64,000 bases of DNA, taken from positions 52,796 through 116,795 of the forward strand of contig JAUCBJ010000844.1 of assembly GCA_032718475.1 (NCBI GenBank), given 5' to 3'. The stretch comes from Nemertoderma westbladi. Lineage: Eukaryota > Animalia > Xenacoelomorpha. The notes beneath the pieces were generated by a model. It was not told the DNA's origin. It saw nothing but the letters and a program-made list of their open reading frames with translations, and did not search any database. Below are positions 1 to 12,646 of the stretch, piece by piece; position 1 is the stretch's first letter, and each line of letters opens with the position of its first letter. Both the position numbers and the translations under genes were made by a program.

Positions 1-3000
1 TACTGTAATAGTAAACTTTATACTTACTGTAATAGCAAACCTTATACTTACTGTAATAGCAAACTTTATACTTACTGTAATAGCAAACTTTATACTTACT
101 GTAATAGCAAACCTTATACTTACTGTAATAGCAAACTTTATACTTACTGTAATAGCAAACTTTATACTTACTATAATAGCAAACCTTATACTTACAGTAA
201 TAGCAAACTTTATACTTACTGTAATAGCAAACTTTATACTTACAGTAATAGCAAACTTTATACTTACAGTAATAGCAAACTTTATACTTACTGTAATAGC
301 AAACTTTATACTTACTGTAATAGCAAACTTTATACTTACTGCAATAGCAAACTTTAGACTTACTGTAATAGCAAACTTTATACTTACTGTAATAGCAAAC
401 TTTATACTTACAGTAATAGCAAACTTTAGACTTACTGTAATAGCAAACTTTATACGTACTGTAATAGCAAACTTTATACTTACTGTAATAGCAAACTTTA
501 TACTTACTGCAATAGCAAACTTTAGACTTACTGTAATAGCAAACTTTATACTTACTGTAATAGCAAACTTTATACTTACAGTAATAGCAAACTTTATACT
601 TACTGTAATAGCAAACTTTATATTTACTGTAATAGCAAACTTTATACTTACTGTAATAGCAAACTTTATACTTACTGTAATAGCAAACTTTATACTTACT
701 GTATTAGCAAATTTTATACTTACTGTAATAGCAAACTTTATACTTACTATAATAGCAAATTTTATACTTACTGTAATAGCAAACTTTATACTTACAGTAA
801 TAGCAAACTTTATACTTACTGTAATAGCAAACTTTATACTTACAGTAATAGCAAACTTTATACTTACTGTAATAGCAAACTTTATACTTACAGTAATAGC
901 AAACTTTATACTTACAGTAATAGCAAACTTTATACTTACTGTAATAGCAAACTTTATACTTACAGTAATAGCAAACTTTATACTTACTGTAATAGCAAAC
1001 TTTATACTTACAGTAATAGCAAACTTTATACTTACAGTAATAGCAAACTTTATACTTACTGTAATAGCAAACTTTATACTTACAGTAATAGCAAACTTTA
1101 TACTTACAGTAATAGCAAACTTTATACTTACTGTAATAGCAAACTTTATACTTACGGTAATAGTAAACTTTATACTTACTGTAATAGCAAACTTTAGACT
1201 TACTGTAATAGCAAACTTTATACTTACTGTAATAGCAAACTTTATACTTCGGTAATAGTAAACTTTATACTTACAGTAATAGCAAACTTTATACTTGCTG
1301 TAATAGCAAACCTTATACTTACTGTAATAGCAAACTTTATACTTACTGTAATAGCAAACTTTATACTTACTGCAATAGCAAACTTTATACTTACAGTAAT
1401 AGCAAACTTTATACTTACTGTAATAGCAAACTTTATACTTACTGTAATAGCAAACTTTATACTTACTGTAATAGCAAACTTTATACTTACAGTAATAGCA
1501 AACTTTATACTTACAGTAATAGCAAACTTTATACTTACTGTAATAGCAAACTTTATACTTACTGTAATAGCAAACTTTATACTTACTGCAATAGCAAACT
1601 TTAGACTTACTGTAATAGCAAACTTTATACTTACTGTAATAGCAAACTTTATACTTACAGTAATAGCAAACTTTAGACTTACTGTAATAGCAAACTTTAT
1701 ACGTACTGTAATAGCAAACTTTATACTTACTGTAATAGCAAACTTTATACTTACTGCAATAGCAAACTTTAGACTTACTGTAATAGCAAACTTTATACTT
1801 ACTGTAATAGCAAACTTTATACTTACAGTAATAGCAAACTTTATACTTACTGTAATAGCAAACTTTATATTTACTGTAATAGCAAACTTTATACTTACTG
1901 TAATAGCAAACTTTATACTTACTGTAATAGCAAACTTTATACTTACTGTATTAGCAAATTTTATACTTACTGTAATAGCAAACTTTATACTTACTATAAT
2001 AGCAAATTTTATACTTACTGTAATAGCAAACTTTATACTTACAGTAATAGCAAACTTTATACTTACTGTAATAGCAAACTTTATACTTACAGTAATAGCA
2101 AACTTTATACTTACTGTAATAGCAAACTTTATACTTACAGTAATAGCAAACTTTATACTTACAGTAATAGCAAACTTTATACTTACTGTAATAGCAAACT
2201 TTATACTTACAGTAATAGCAAACTTTATACTTACTGTAATAGCAAACTTTATACTTACAGTAATAGCAAACTTTATACTTACAGTAATAGCAAACTTTAT
2301 ACTTACTGTAATAGCAAACTTTATACTTACAGTAATAGCAAACTTTATACTTACAGTAATAGCAAACTTTATACTTACTGTAATAGCAAACTTTATACTT
2401 ACGGTAATAGTAAACTTTATACTTACTGTAATAGCAAACTTTAGACTTACTGTAATAGCAAACTTTATACTTACTGTAATAGCAAACTTTATACTTCGGT
2501 AATAGTAAACTTTATACTTACAGTAATAGCAAACTTTATACTTGCTGTAATAGCAAACCTTATACTTACTGTAATAGCAAACTTTATACTTACTGTAATA
2601 GCAAACTTTATACTTACTGCAATAGCAAACTTTATACTTACAGTAATAGCAAACTTTATACTTACTGTAATAGCAAACTTTATACTTACTGTAATAGCAA
2701 ACTTTATACTTACTGCAATAGCAAACTTTATACTTACAGTAATAGCAAACTTTATACTTACTGTAATAGCAAACCTTATACTTACTGTAATAGCAAACTT
2801 TATACTTACTGTAATAGCAAACTTTATACTTACTGCAATAGCAAACTTTATACTTACAGTAATAGCAAACTTTATACTTACTATAATAGCAAATTTTATA
2901 CTTACTGTAATAGCAAACCTTATACTTACTGTAATAGCAAACTTTATACTTACTGTAATAGCAAACTTTATACTTACTGTAATAGCAAACTTTATACTTA

Positions 3001-3265
3001 CTGTAATAGCAAACCTTATACTTACTGTAATAGCAAACTTTATACTTACTGTAATAGCAAACTTTATACTTACTGTAATAGCAAACCTTATACTTACTGC
3101 AATAGCAAACTTTATACTTACTGTAATAGCAAACTTTATACTTACTGTAATAGCAAACTTTATACTTACTGTAATAGCAAACTTTATACTTACTGTAATA
3201 GCAAACTTTATACTTACTGTAATAGCAAACTTTATACTTACTGTAATAGCAAACTTTATACTTAC
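1..3265. repeat. 24-bp minisatellite, about 136 copies in the window, truncated by the edge; minus-strand unit GTAAGTATAAAGTTTGCTATTACA
   Basis: Direct tandem repeat of tactgtaatagcaaactttatact. It starts exactly at the donor of exon 3266-3343. Confidence 0.98.
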
Positions 3266-3343
3266 AATGAATAAGTTTATGTTCTTCCATAGCTGAATTC
3301 GATTCAAATACTTCATCGCACAAAGGACAGGGAAACTTTGGCG
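3266..3343 (-). CDS. ZnF gene exon (PKFPCPLCDEVFESNSAMEEHKLIH)
   Basis: Acceptor ttttcag, donor GTAAGT, 78 nt, one C2H2 finger. Confidence 0.85.
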
Positions 3344-6300
3344 CTGAAAATTTGCAATAAAGTAGAAAATTAATATATTACGAAGCAATAAACCTATTAA
3401 TCAATCTAAATTATAATTGCTACTTGTTGAACTCACCATGTATTTTATTGTGTACTTCCACTTCAGGTTTAGTGTGAAATCTTTCATCGCACTTTGGACA
3501 TTTAAACTTTGGCGCTGAAATATAATAAATTTAGGTTTTGATTAAGATAATTACAGTACTATGTAATACTATTAGAAAAATGCAGGGGGGGGGTGGTTGG
3601 GGGGTGGGACTGGACGCAAATCCCCTCTCGGCGAATTAATATTTTGCAACAATTTTTGATGATAAATTCAGGAAAAGGAACAGGTTACGGGCACGTTATA
3701 TTAACCAAAACAATAAACTAAAGTGAATGGGACAGGTCACAGTTTATTTTTGGGAGTAAACTCTATGTTATTTTCTTCGATTTTCCCCTGGAGAGGGACG
3801 AATATCGTTTGCGTCGAATGTGAGTTTCACAATAACTTATTAATATTATTAACTTACGGTGTTTCTCGTGAGTATGTTTGACAATAACTTATTAATATTA
3901 TTAAATTAACTTACGGTGTTTCTCGTGAGTATGTTTGACAATAACTTATTAATATTATTAAATAAACTTACGGTGTTTCTCGTGAGTATGTTTGACAATA
4001 ACTTATTAATATTAAATAAACTTACGGTGTTTCTCGTGAGTATGTTTGACAATAACTTATTAATATTATTAAATAAACTTACGGTGTTTCTCGTGAGTAT
4101 GTTTCACAATAACTTATTAATATTAAATAAACTTACGGTGTTTCTCGTGAGTATGTTTGACAATAACTTATTAATATTATTAAATAAACTTACGGTGTTT
4201 CTCGTGAGTATGTTTCACAATAACTTATTAATATTAAATAAACTTACGGTGTTTCTCGTGAGTATGTTTGACAATAACTTATTAATATTATTAAATAAAC
4301 TTACGGTGTTTCTCGTGAGTATGTTTGACAATAACTTATTAATATTATTAAATAAACTTACGGTGTTTCTCGTGAGTATGTTTGACAATAACTTATTAAT
4401 ATTATTAAATAAACTTACGGTGTTTCTCGTGAGTATGTTTGACAATAACTTATTAATATTATTAAATAAACTTACGGTGTTTCTCGTGAGTATGTTTGAC
4501 AATAACTTATTAATATTATTAAATAAACTTACGGTGTTTCTCGTGAGTATGTTTAACAATAACTTATTAATATTATTAAATAAACTTACGGTGTTTCTCG
4601 TGAGTATGTTTGACAATAACTTATTAATATTATTAAATAAACTTACGGTGTTTCTCGTGAGTATGTTTGACAATAACTTATTAATATTGTTAAATAAACT
4701 TACGGTGTTTCTCGTGAGTATGTTTGACAATAACTTATCAATATTATTAAATAAACTTACGGTGTTTCTCGTGAGTATGTTTGACAATAACTTATTAATA
4801 TTATTAAATAAACTTACGGTGTTTCTCGTGAGTATGTTTGACAATAACTTATTAATATTATTAAATAAACTTACGGTGTTTCTCGTGAGTATGTTTGACA
4901 ATAACTTATTAATATTATTAAATAAACTTACGGTGTTTCTCGTGAGTATGTTTGACAATAACTTATTAATATTATTAAATAAACTTACGGTGTTTCTCGT
5001 GAGTATGTTTGACAATAACTTATTAATATTAAATAAACTTACGGTGTTTCTCGTGAGTATGTTTGACAATAACTTATTAATATTAAATAAACTTACGGTG
5101 TTTCTCGTGAGTATGTTTGACAATAACTTATTAATATTATTAAATAAACTTACGGTGTTTCTCGTGAGTATGTTTGACAATAACTTATTAATATTAAATA
5201 AACTTACGGTGTTTCTCGTGAGTATGTTTGACAATAACTTATTAATATTGTTAAATAAACTTACGGTGTTTCTCGTGAGTATGTTTGACAATAACTTATT
5301 AATATTATTAAATAAACTTACGGTGTTTCTCGTGAGTATGTTTGACAATAACTTATTAATATTATTAAATAAACTTACGGTGTTTCTCGTGAGTATGTTT
5401 GACAATAACTTATTAATATTATTAAATAAACTTACGGTGTTTCTCGTGAGTATGTTTGACAATAACTTATTAATATTAAATAAACTTACGGTGTTTCTCG
5501 TGAGTATGTTTGACAATAACTTATTAATATTAAATAAACTTACGGTGTTTCTCGTGAGTATGTTTGACAATAACTTATTAATATTATTAAATAAACTTAC
5601 GGTGTTTCTCGTGAGTATGTTTCACAATAACTTATTAATATTATTAAATAAACTTACGGTGTTTCTCGTGAGTATGTTTGACAATAACTTATTAATATTA
5701 TTAAATAAACTTACGGTGTTTCTCGTGAGTATGTTTGACAATAACTTATTAATATTAAATAAACTTACGGTGTTTCTCGTGAGTATGTTTGACAATAACT
5801 TATTAATATTAAATAAACTTACGGTGTTTCTCGTGAGTATGTTTGACAATAACTTATTAATAAGAAATAAACTTACGGTGTTTCTCGTGAGTATGTTTGA
5901 CAATAACTTATTAATATTAAATAAACTTACGGTGTTTCTCGTGAGTATGTTTCACAATAACTTATTAATACTAAATAAACTTACGGTGTTTCTCGTGAGT
6001 ATGTTTGACAATAACTTATTAATATTAAATAAACTTACGGTGTTTCTTGTGAGTATGTTTGACAATAACTTATTAATATTAAATAAACTTACGGTGTTTC
6101 TAGTGAGTATGTTTGACAATAACTTATTAATATTAAATAAACTTACGGTGTTTCTCGTGAGTATGTTTGACAATAACTTATTAATATTAAATAAACTTAC
6201 GGTGTTTCTCGTGAGTATGTTTGACAATAACTTATTAATATTAAATAAACTTACGGTGTTTCTCGTGAGTATGTTTGACAATAACTTATTAATATTATTA

Positions 6301-9300
6301 AATAAACTTACGGTGTTTCTCGTGAGTATGTTTGACAATAACTTATTAATACTAAATAAACTTACGGTGTTTCTCGTGAGTATGTTTGTCGAGCTCTTCT
6401 TGAGTAAAGAATTTCGCTTTACATTTTGAACAACAGAAATGGGGAACTAAGGATAAAGTAGAAGAAATCATTTAAGCCGAGATATGATAATGAATAAAAG
6501 ATAACGAATAAATACCATTAAACTTTAAACAACTATAGAATCATAGTTTCTCAATGGCTAAAATTATATATTCTATTTTATATTCTCACTTGGTTTATGT
6601 ACGCTATTCCAATGTTCTTCCAATTCTTCTGTTGTTTCAAACTTTGGTGGTTTATACCCCGTCTCATCGCCATGTTCAGCAATACAAGCATCGCAAGGAA
6701 ATCCTAAGAAATACACTAATTACGAATTACATTCAAATAAACTTGCCGAGTTTTGTTTAACCCTATAGTCACCTAGTAAGTCCATCTTTCTTCGAAACCA
6801 ACAAACCCCTACAGCCTACAAGGTTGAGGAATAACCAGGTACTGGAGCAATATCGATGGAGACATTTTTTAAGCGTTTGTTATGAGCGGCCAGTTTCTAC
6901 ACCAACAAACATCCATCAAGTTTGTTTCCATAATCTAGAACAGATTGGGGCTGTTGTCTCCTAAATTGCCAAACTGGCCGCTCAGGGCCACCATAGTTTG
7001 TAGATAAAGTTTGAAAGCGAATAAAACTTCTGACTAACAACTAAGAATTCTACAGTGGCTGATTGCGGCCAATTATTTCCATTTTTTAAAACCTTTTCCA
7101 CCCGGGTGTAAAACATTTATCATCCGGGTGAAAAACATTTATAACCAAAAACATCAGGACTCTGAACACATGTGTTAGTTTCCTTATAAATAATATCGAA
7201 AGATCATTTTAATCCATTTTGGCGAATTAATATCTCGACTAATGTTAAAAATCAATTACGGGTAAGGATCAGGTTACAGTGGCATGTTGTATATAAATAT
7301 AAATATGTTATATAAATTTAAACAATAAACGAAAGTCAATAGTTAAACATTTAAATGTTTTTCACCCGCGTGATAAATGTTTTTCACCCGGGTGATAAAT
7401 GTTTTTCACCCGGGTGAAAAACATTAAAAAATGAAAATAATTGGCCGCAATCAGCCACAGTAGAATTCCGAAGGTAAAACTATCTCTGTTTCCTATTTCA
7501 TACAATCGGGGGGGGGGGGGGGGGGGGGGGGATCACTGTTTGAGAAGCTAACTAGGTATGCCATGACTTTCACCCCTATCGATACTGATACAATTATAAA
7601 CCCACCGTGGCCATCCATGTGTTCATCTAATTCATCTTGTGTCTCGAACGACTGGCCACATTTCCGACATTTATGCCAGTGTTTGCCGTGGTCGTGTTCC
7701 AACAAATCTTCCTCGGAATGGAACGCCTCCGAACATTTGGAACAAATAAACTTTGGATCGTGGATTTTCAGATGTTCTTTAAGTTCCGCTTGAGTGTCGA
7801 CTAGTTCTCCACACACCCAGCAACCAAGTTGTGGTTCTAGAACGTAAACAGTTTATGTGTACTTGTAACCATAGTTCAAAATTAACTTAATTGTGTATTG
7901 TATACGGGACAGTGTTGACTTATTGCGTACAATGATACACTTACAATGTACACTTACTGATACTGAGATGAGTTAATGATGGTTGTTGCATGATATTATA
8001 AATGTAATTAAGTTTATTGCGAGAAATTATATTGCGGTGATTCATCAGATAAGTTTAACTAATAATAAGGATACACGTACGATACAGAAGAATAAAAGCG
8101 TGGTAAAATACAGATAGAAATACGATTGTTGATGTTAGGTTGTTACAACTTATAATAATATTGATACAGCGGTACTCAGGCAGTCTGACTATTTTAGTAC
8201 AATATAACAGTAATTACACGGTAATTACAGGAATAATGGTAAGTAGCGTCATAATAGCTTCATAAAAGACATCCTATGCTCCGATGATTTTTGGCCTCAT
8301 GGGATCTCTTGCCGCGAACAGCACAGTCTAAAAATACTGGGGATCTCTGGTCCAGGACGGCCCCAACTAAGCATGATGGTGGATCCGATCCTAGGATTAC
8401 CTATTCATACTCACATCCACATACAGTGAATCATAACCGGACTAGGAAGCGGGTTTAACACTGATGTCCCACCCCAGCAACACAGGTCTACTACGCCTGA
8501 CAACATAGACTTACGCACTACTACTTTCAATTGCAATGGATTTAGTTCCAACAGCGACTACGTTTCAAACCTACTGTCTTCTTGTGACGTACTCGGATTG
8601 CAAGGACACTGGCTAGATTCAATCGAAAGCAAAGAATCTAACTGTAACAATGAATTTGAATGCGTCTACACAGTCAGCTCTTTAATGAACAACCCCAATA
8701 GAGTACGCGGCGCTGGTGGTGTCGGATTATGGTTTAGAAGGGAAAAGTAGTATAATGCTTCAGTTGTTGCATCTGGTGATAACATTGTAGGGGTCAGGGT
8801 AAATTTGATTGGTTACAATACCCCCCTTCTTATTCTTTCATGCTATGCACCTGATGCTGGGAAAGACATTAGCTGTTTTGAAGACTTCCTAGGTAGATTA
8901 TCAACAACAATCTTGAGCCACAATGATGCAATTACAATTATCTTATCTGATATCAATGCTGACGTAGGTCCCTTACAAGGCCCACGTTTCTCTCGGGACG
9001 CAGCTACACCACGGGACTTGCGACTAGATGACTTCCTACATGATAATGGACTTCAATTACTTGACATGACACGGAAAACAGTTGGCCCCATGACCACATA
9101 TCGTGGGCATTGGGGGAACTCCTACATAGAACATGTAGTTACCTCATTTGCGGGAGCTACATACTTCAGGAATGGGTCAGTTATGGACATAAATCAACTG
9201 AACTTGTCAGATCACGTACCAGTATCCTCTACTTTTCTGTTCCCTCTGCAGGGTAATGTGAGTCACAAACGGACGTACCAGGTAAACCTATTCATACTGT

Positions 9301-12300
9301 CCCACTTGCCTGGCAAAGGGCCACTGCAGAACAGCTATCTAACTACACTGCAACTTTGGAGTTGGATATACACAAATTAAACATGTTATCACCCACACAT
9401 ATTCATCCACTTCATTGGACACACATGGACCTAGACTGTATTGCCAACCAGTTACAGGGCATCATTTATGGATCTGCTAGGAGGGAAATACCTATTGCAA
9501 AAAATCGCGAGTTAACTAAGAACCTCAGAATACGGTCAGCCGCTATAAGTAAACTCTCTCTAACTACAAGGAATTTATATAAGGTTTGGGCGAAAGTGGG
9601 AAAACCATTAGACAGTGAGATAGGTGATTCATATAAAGAATCAAAGAGATCACTGCGGCGTACGCGAAACTGGCTATCTAAGAATCTGGTTGCTAACCAA
9701 GTAAATCGTAATTCTGGTTTACTCAAGACTAACCCTAAGTAATTCTGGAAGTCATTCACTTCAAAGAACTACCACAACATCCCATCATTAGTTCAGAATA
9801 AAGTTAAAGACAACTTTATCAAAACCAGCAATAACACGGGTGACATACTTATCAAGAAGCTCAAAGAGGACTTGGAGAAGGACTGTAGGACATCGAGACC
9901 CCCTATAATCTCCCCCATAGCTATCCAACGCGCAATAAAATCGCTGCTTTGGGCAAATCGCCTGATCTCCACTCTCTGGTCATCGAACACATACTGAATA
10001 TTAATCCAGACGTTATCTGTTACTCCATTAATATCAATTTTATTTGATTAAAGACAATAATGAATGAATGAATATACTACATCAATATGGTTAGCGTAGG
10101 CCTACTATGATTATACTGATAGGCTATAGGCGATAAGGTAGTGTTACAGATTGTATGTTAACTACATATAAATACTATTTTTTGTGTCCTAAATTAATAA
10201 AAAATCGAAATATATTATAATATTTGAATACTTTCTCGCAATAAACTTAATTACATTTAAGGTATAACTTACTGTGTATGTGTTGGGGTGTATGTGTGTA
10301 TGTTAACTTACTGTGTAGGTGTTAACGTGTATGTGTGTATATTAACTTACTGTGCACATTGGCCATGTGAAGGTCCAGTTCTTCTTGGGTTGAGAAAGTC
10401 GCGTGGTGGCAATGCATCTCTTCGCAGAGGTAGGCAGGGGCTGTAAGGTAATATATATAATTTAATACTCATAAGTAAAGGATAGTGAAAACATATATAT
10501 ATATAGATATATACAAACTAACCGTGTTCAACGTGAGTGTGGGATTCTAGCTCATCAGCTGTTAGCAAATGTTCATCAATATCAACAAACTAACCGTGTT
10601 CAAAGTGAGTGTGGGATTCTAGCTCATCGGCTGTTAGGAAATGTTCATCAATATCAACAAACTAACCGTGTTCAAAGTGAGTGTGGGATTCTAGCTCATC
10701 AGCTGTTAGGAAATGTTCATCAATATCAACAAACTAACCGTGTTCAAAGTGAGTGTGGGATTCTAGCTCATCAGCTGTTAGGAAATGTTCATCAATATCA
10801 ACAAACTAACCGTGTTCAACGTGAGTGTGGGATTCTAGCTCATCAGCTGTTAGGAAATGTTCATCAATATCAACAAACTAACCGTGTTCAAAGTGAGTGT
10901 GGGATTCTAGCTCATCAGCTGTTAGGAAATGTTCATCAATATCAACAAACTAACCGTGTTCAAAGTGAGTGTGGGATTCTAGCTCATCAGCTGTTAGGAA
11001 ATGTTCATCAATATCAACAAACTAACCGTGTTCAAAGTGAGTGTGGGATTCTAGCTCATCAGCTGTTAGGAAATGTTCATCAATATCAACAAACTAACCG
11101 TGTTCAAAGTGAGTGTGGGATTCTAGCTCATCAGCTGTTAGGAAATGTTCATTAATATCAACAAACTAACCGTGTTCAAAGTGAGTGTGGGATTCCAGCT
11201 CATCAGCTGTTAGGAAATGTTCATCAATATCAACAAACTAACCGTGTTCAAAGTGAGTGTGGGATTCTAGCTTATCAGCTGTTAGGAAATGTTCATCAAT
11301 ATCAACAAACTAACCGTGTTCAAAGTGAGTGTGGGATTCTAGCTCATCAGCTGTTAGGAAATATTCATCAATATCAACAAACTAACCGTGTTCAAAGTGA
11401 GTGTGGGATTCTAGCTGATCAGCTGTTAGGAAATGTTCATCAATATCAACAAACTAACCGTGTTCAAAGTGAGTGTGGGATTCTAGCTCATCAGCTGTTA
11501 GGAAATATTCATCAATATCAACAAACTAACCGTGTTCAAAGTGAGTGTGGGATTCTAGCTCATCAGCTGTTAGGAAATGTTCATCAATATCAACAAACTA
11601 ACCGTGTTCAAAGTGAGTGCGGGATTCTAGCTCATCAGCTGTTAGGAAATGTTCATCAATATCAACAAACTAACCGTGTTCAAAGTGAGTGTGGGATTCT
11701 AGCTCATCAGCTGTTAGGAAATATTCATCAATATCAACAAACTAACCGTGTTCAAAGTGAGTGTGGGATTCTAGCTCATCAGCTGTTAGGAAATGTTCAT
11801 CAATATCAACAAACTAACCGTGTTCAAAGTGAGTGCGGGATTCTAGCTCATCAGCTGTTAGGAAATGTTCATCAATATCAACAAACTAACCGTGTTCAAA
11901 GTGAGTGTGGGATTCTAGCTCATCAGCTGTTAGGAAATGTGCATTAATATCAACAAACTAACCGTTTTCAACATGAGTGTGGGATTCTAGCTCATCAGCT
12001 GTTAGGAAATGTTCATCAATATCAACAAACTAACCGTGTTCAAAGTGAGTGTGGGATTCTAGCTCATCAGCTGTTAGGAAATGTTCATCAATATCAACAA
12101 ACTAACCGTGTTCAAAGTGAGTGTGGGATTCTAGCTCATCAGCTGTTAGGAAATGTTCATCAATATCAACAAACTAACCGTGTTCAAAGTGAGTGTGGGA
12201 TTCTAGCTCATCAGCTGTTAGGAAATGTTCATCAATATCAACAAACTAACCGTGTTCAAAGTGAGTGTGGGATTCTAGCTCATCAGCTGTTAGGAAATGT

Positions 12301-12646
12301 TCATCAATATCAACAAACTAACCGTGTTCAAAGTGAGTGTGGGATTCTAGCTCATCAGCTGTTAGGAAATGTTCATCAATATCAACAAACTAACCGTGTT
12401 CAAAGTGAGTGTGGGATTCTAGCTCATCAGCTGTTAGGAAATATTCATCAATATCAACAAACTAACCGTGTTCAAAGTGAGTGTGGGATTCTAGCTCATC
12501 AGCTGTTAGGAAATGTTCGCCGCAGAAACATTTAAACGAATGATCTTCGTGGATGTGTATTTGTACAATCTCGGCGCTGCTGTACGTTTTTGGGCAATAG
12601 GGACAATGGTAGACAGGGGCGGGGGGTGGTGGACGGGGTCTGCGTT
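3266..12646 (-). CDS. Multi-C2H2 zinc-finger protein gene, spliced and partial (continues past the left window edge); exons 12467-12646, 10351-10440, 7606-7836, 6590-6703, 6366-6446, 3437-3514, 3266-3343
   Basis: Seven minus-strand exons, each bounded by AG/GT, all phase 1-1, lengths 180/90/231/114/81/78/78. They join in frame and encode about 10 Cx2-4C...F...L..Hx3-4H motifs, e.g. HCPYCPKTYSSAEIVQIHIHEDH, ICSKCSEAFHSEEDLLEHDHGKH, KCRKCGQSFETQDELDEHMDGH, KCPKCDERFHTKPEVEVHNKIH. Confidence 0.88.
3437..3514 (-). CDS. ZnF gene exon (PKFKCPKCDERFHTKPEVEVHNKIH)
   Basis: Acceptor tttcag, donor GTGAGT, 78 nt, one C2H2 finger. Confidence 0.85.
3825..6388. repeat. 54/57-bp minisatellite, about 46 copies; unit is exon 3' end + donor + intron start
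   Basis: Unit aaacttacggtgtttctcgtgagtatgtttgacaataacttattaatatt(att)aaat; it overlaps exon 6366-6446. Confidence 0.97.
6366..6446 (-). CDS. ZnF gene exon (PHFCCSKCKAKFFTQEELDKHTHEKH)
   Basis: Acceptor ccttag, donor GTAAGT, 81 nt, one C2H2 finger. Confidence 0.85.
6590..6703 (-). CDS. ZnF gene exon (FPCDACIAEHGDETGYKPPKFETTEELEEHWNSVHKP), finger with a long insert
   Basis: Acceptor tcttag, donor GTGAGA, 114 nt, phase 1-1. Confidence 0.8.
7053..7460. mobile_element. MITE with about 90-bp imperfect terminal inverted repeats, Tc1/mariner-like ends
   Basis: TA-CAGTGGCTGATTGCGGCCAATTATTT... on the left and ...AAATAATTGGCCGCAATCAGCCACAG-TA on the right; internal CACCCGGGTG subterminal repeats; no ORF. 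Confidence 0.75.
7606..7836 (-). CDS. ZnF gene exon with three C2H2 fingers
   Basis: Overlaps ORF 7493..7816; acceptor ttctag, donor GTGGGT, 231 nt. Confidence 0.88.
8500..10072 (+). mobile_element. Degenerate non-LTR retrotransposon fragment (APE endonuclease and linker, RT deleted), ending in (AATG)n
   Basis: TTFNCNG and DVLGLQGHWL near 8520-8610; ILSDINAD, YIEHV and NLSDHVPVS in ORF 8805..9380; NPK*FWKS linker motif; stops and frameshifts present. Confidence 0.8.
10266..10354. repeat. Degenerate 39-bp triplication containing the donor CACA|GTAAGTT
   Basis: aacttactgtg at 10266, 10305 and 10344. Confidence 0.75.
10351..10440 (-). CDS. ZnF gene exon (PAYLCEEMHCHHATFSTQEELDLHMANVH)
   Basis: Acceptor ttacag, donor GTAAGT, 90 nt, Cx4C finger. 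Confidence 0.83.
10514..12518. repeat. 72-bp minisatellite, about 28 copies; unit is 52 nt of exon end + GTTAGT donor + intron start
   Basis: Unit aaactaaccgtgttcaaagtgagtgtgggattctagctcatcagctgttaggaaatgttcatcaatatcaac; it overlaps exon 12467-12646. Confidence 0.97.
12467..12646 (-). CDS. ZnF gene exon (RRPRPPPPAPVYHCPYCPKTY...HIHEDHSFKCFCGEHFLTADELESHTHFEH)
   Basis: Acceptor acatag, donor GTTAGT, 180 nt, two fingers (the second is CxC). Confidence 0.85.

Noticed and set aside
1-3265. Recursive-splicing ratchet points (TTACAGTAAGT in each unit) or a telomeric repeat
   Set aside because: AG and GT overlap (AGT) rather than forming AG|GT, and the 24-nt spacing is too short for an intron. The unit is not a G-rich telomere motif and is anchored at an exon.
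1242-6429. Long ORFs of 693, 299, 837 and 451 aa
   Set aside because: They are translations of 24- and 54/57-bp intronic minisatellites that happen to lack stops; only the short ZnF exon parts are credible coding sequence.
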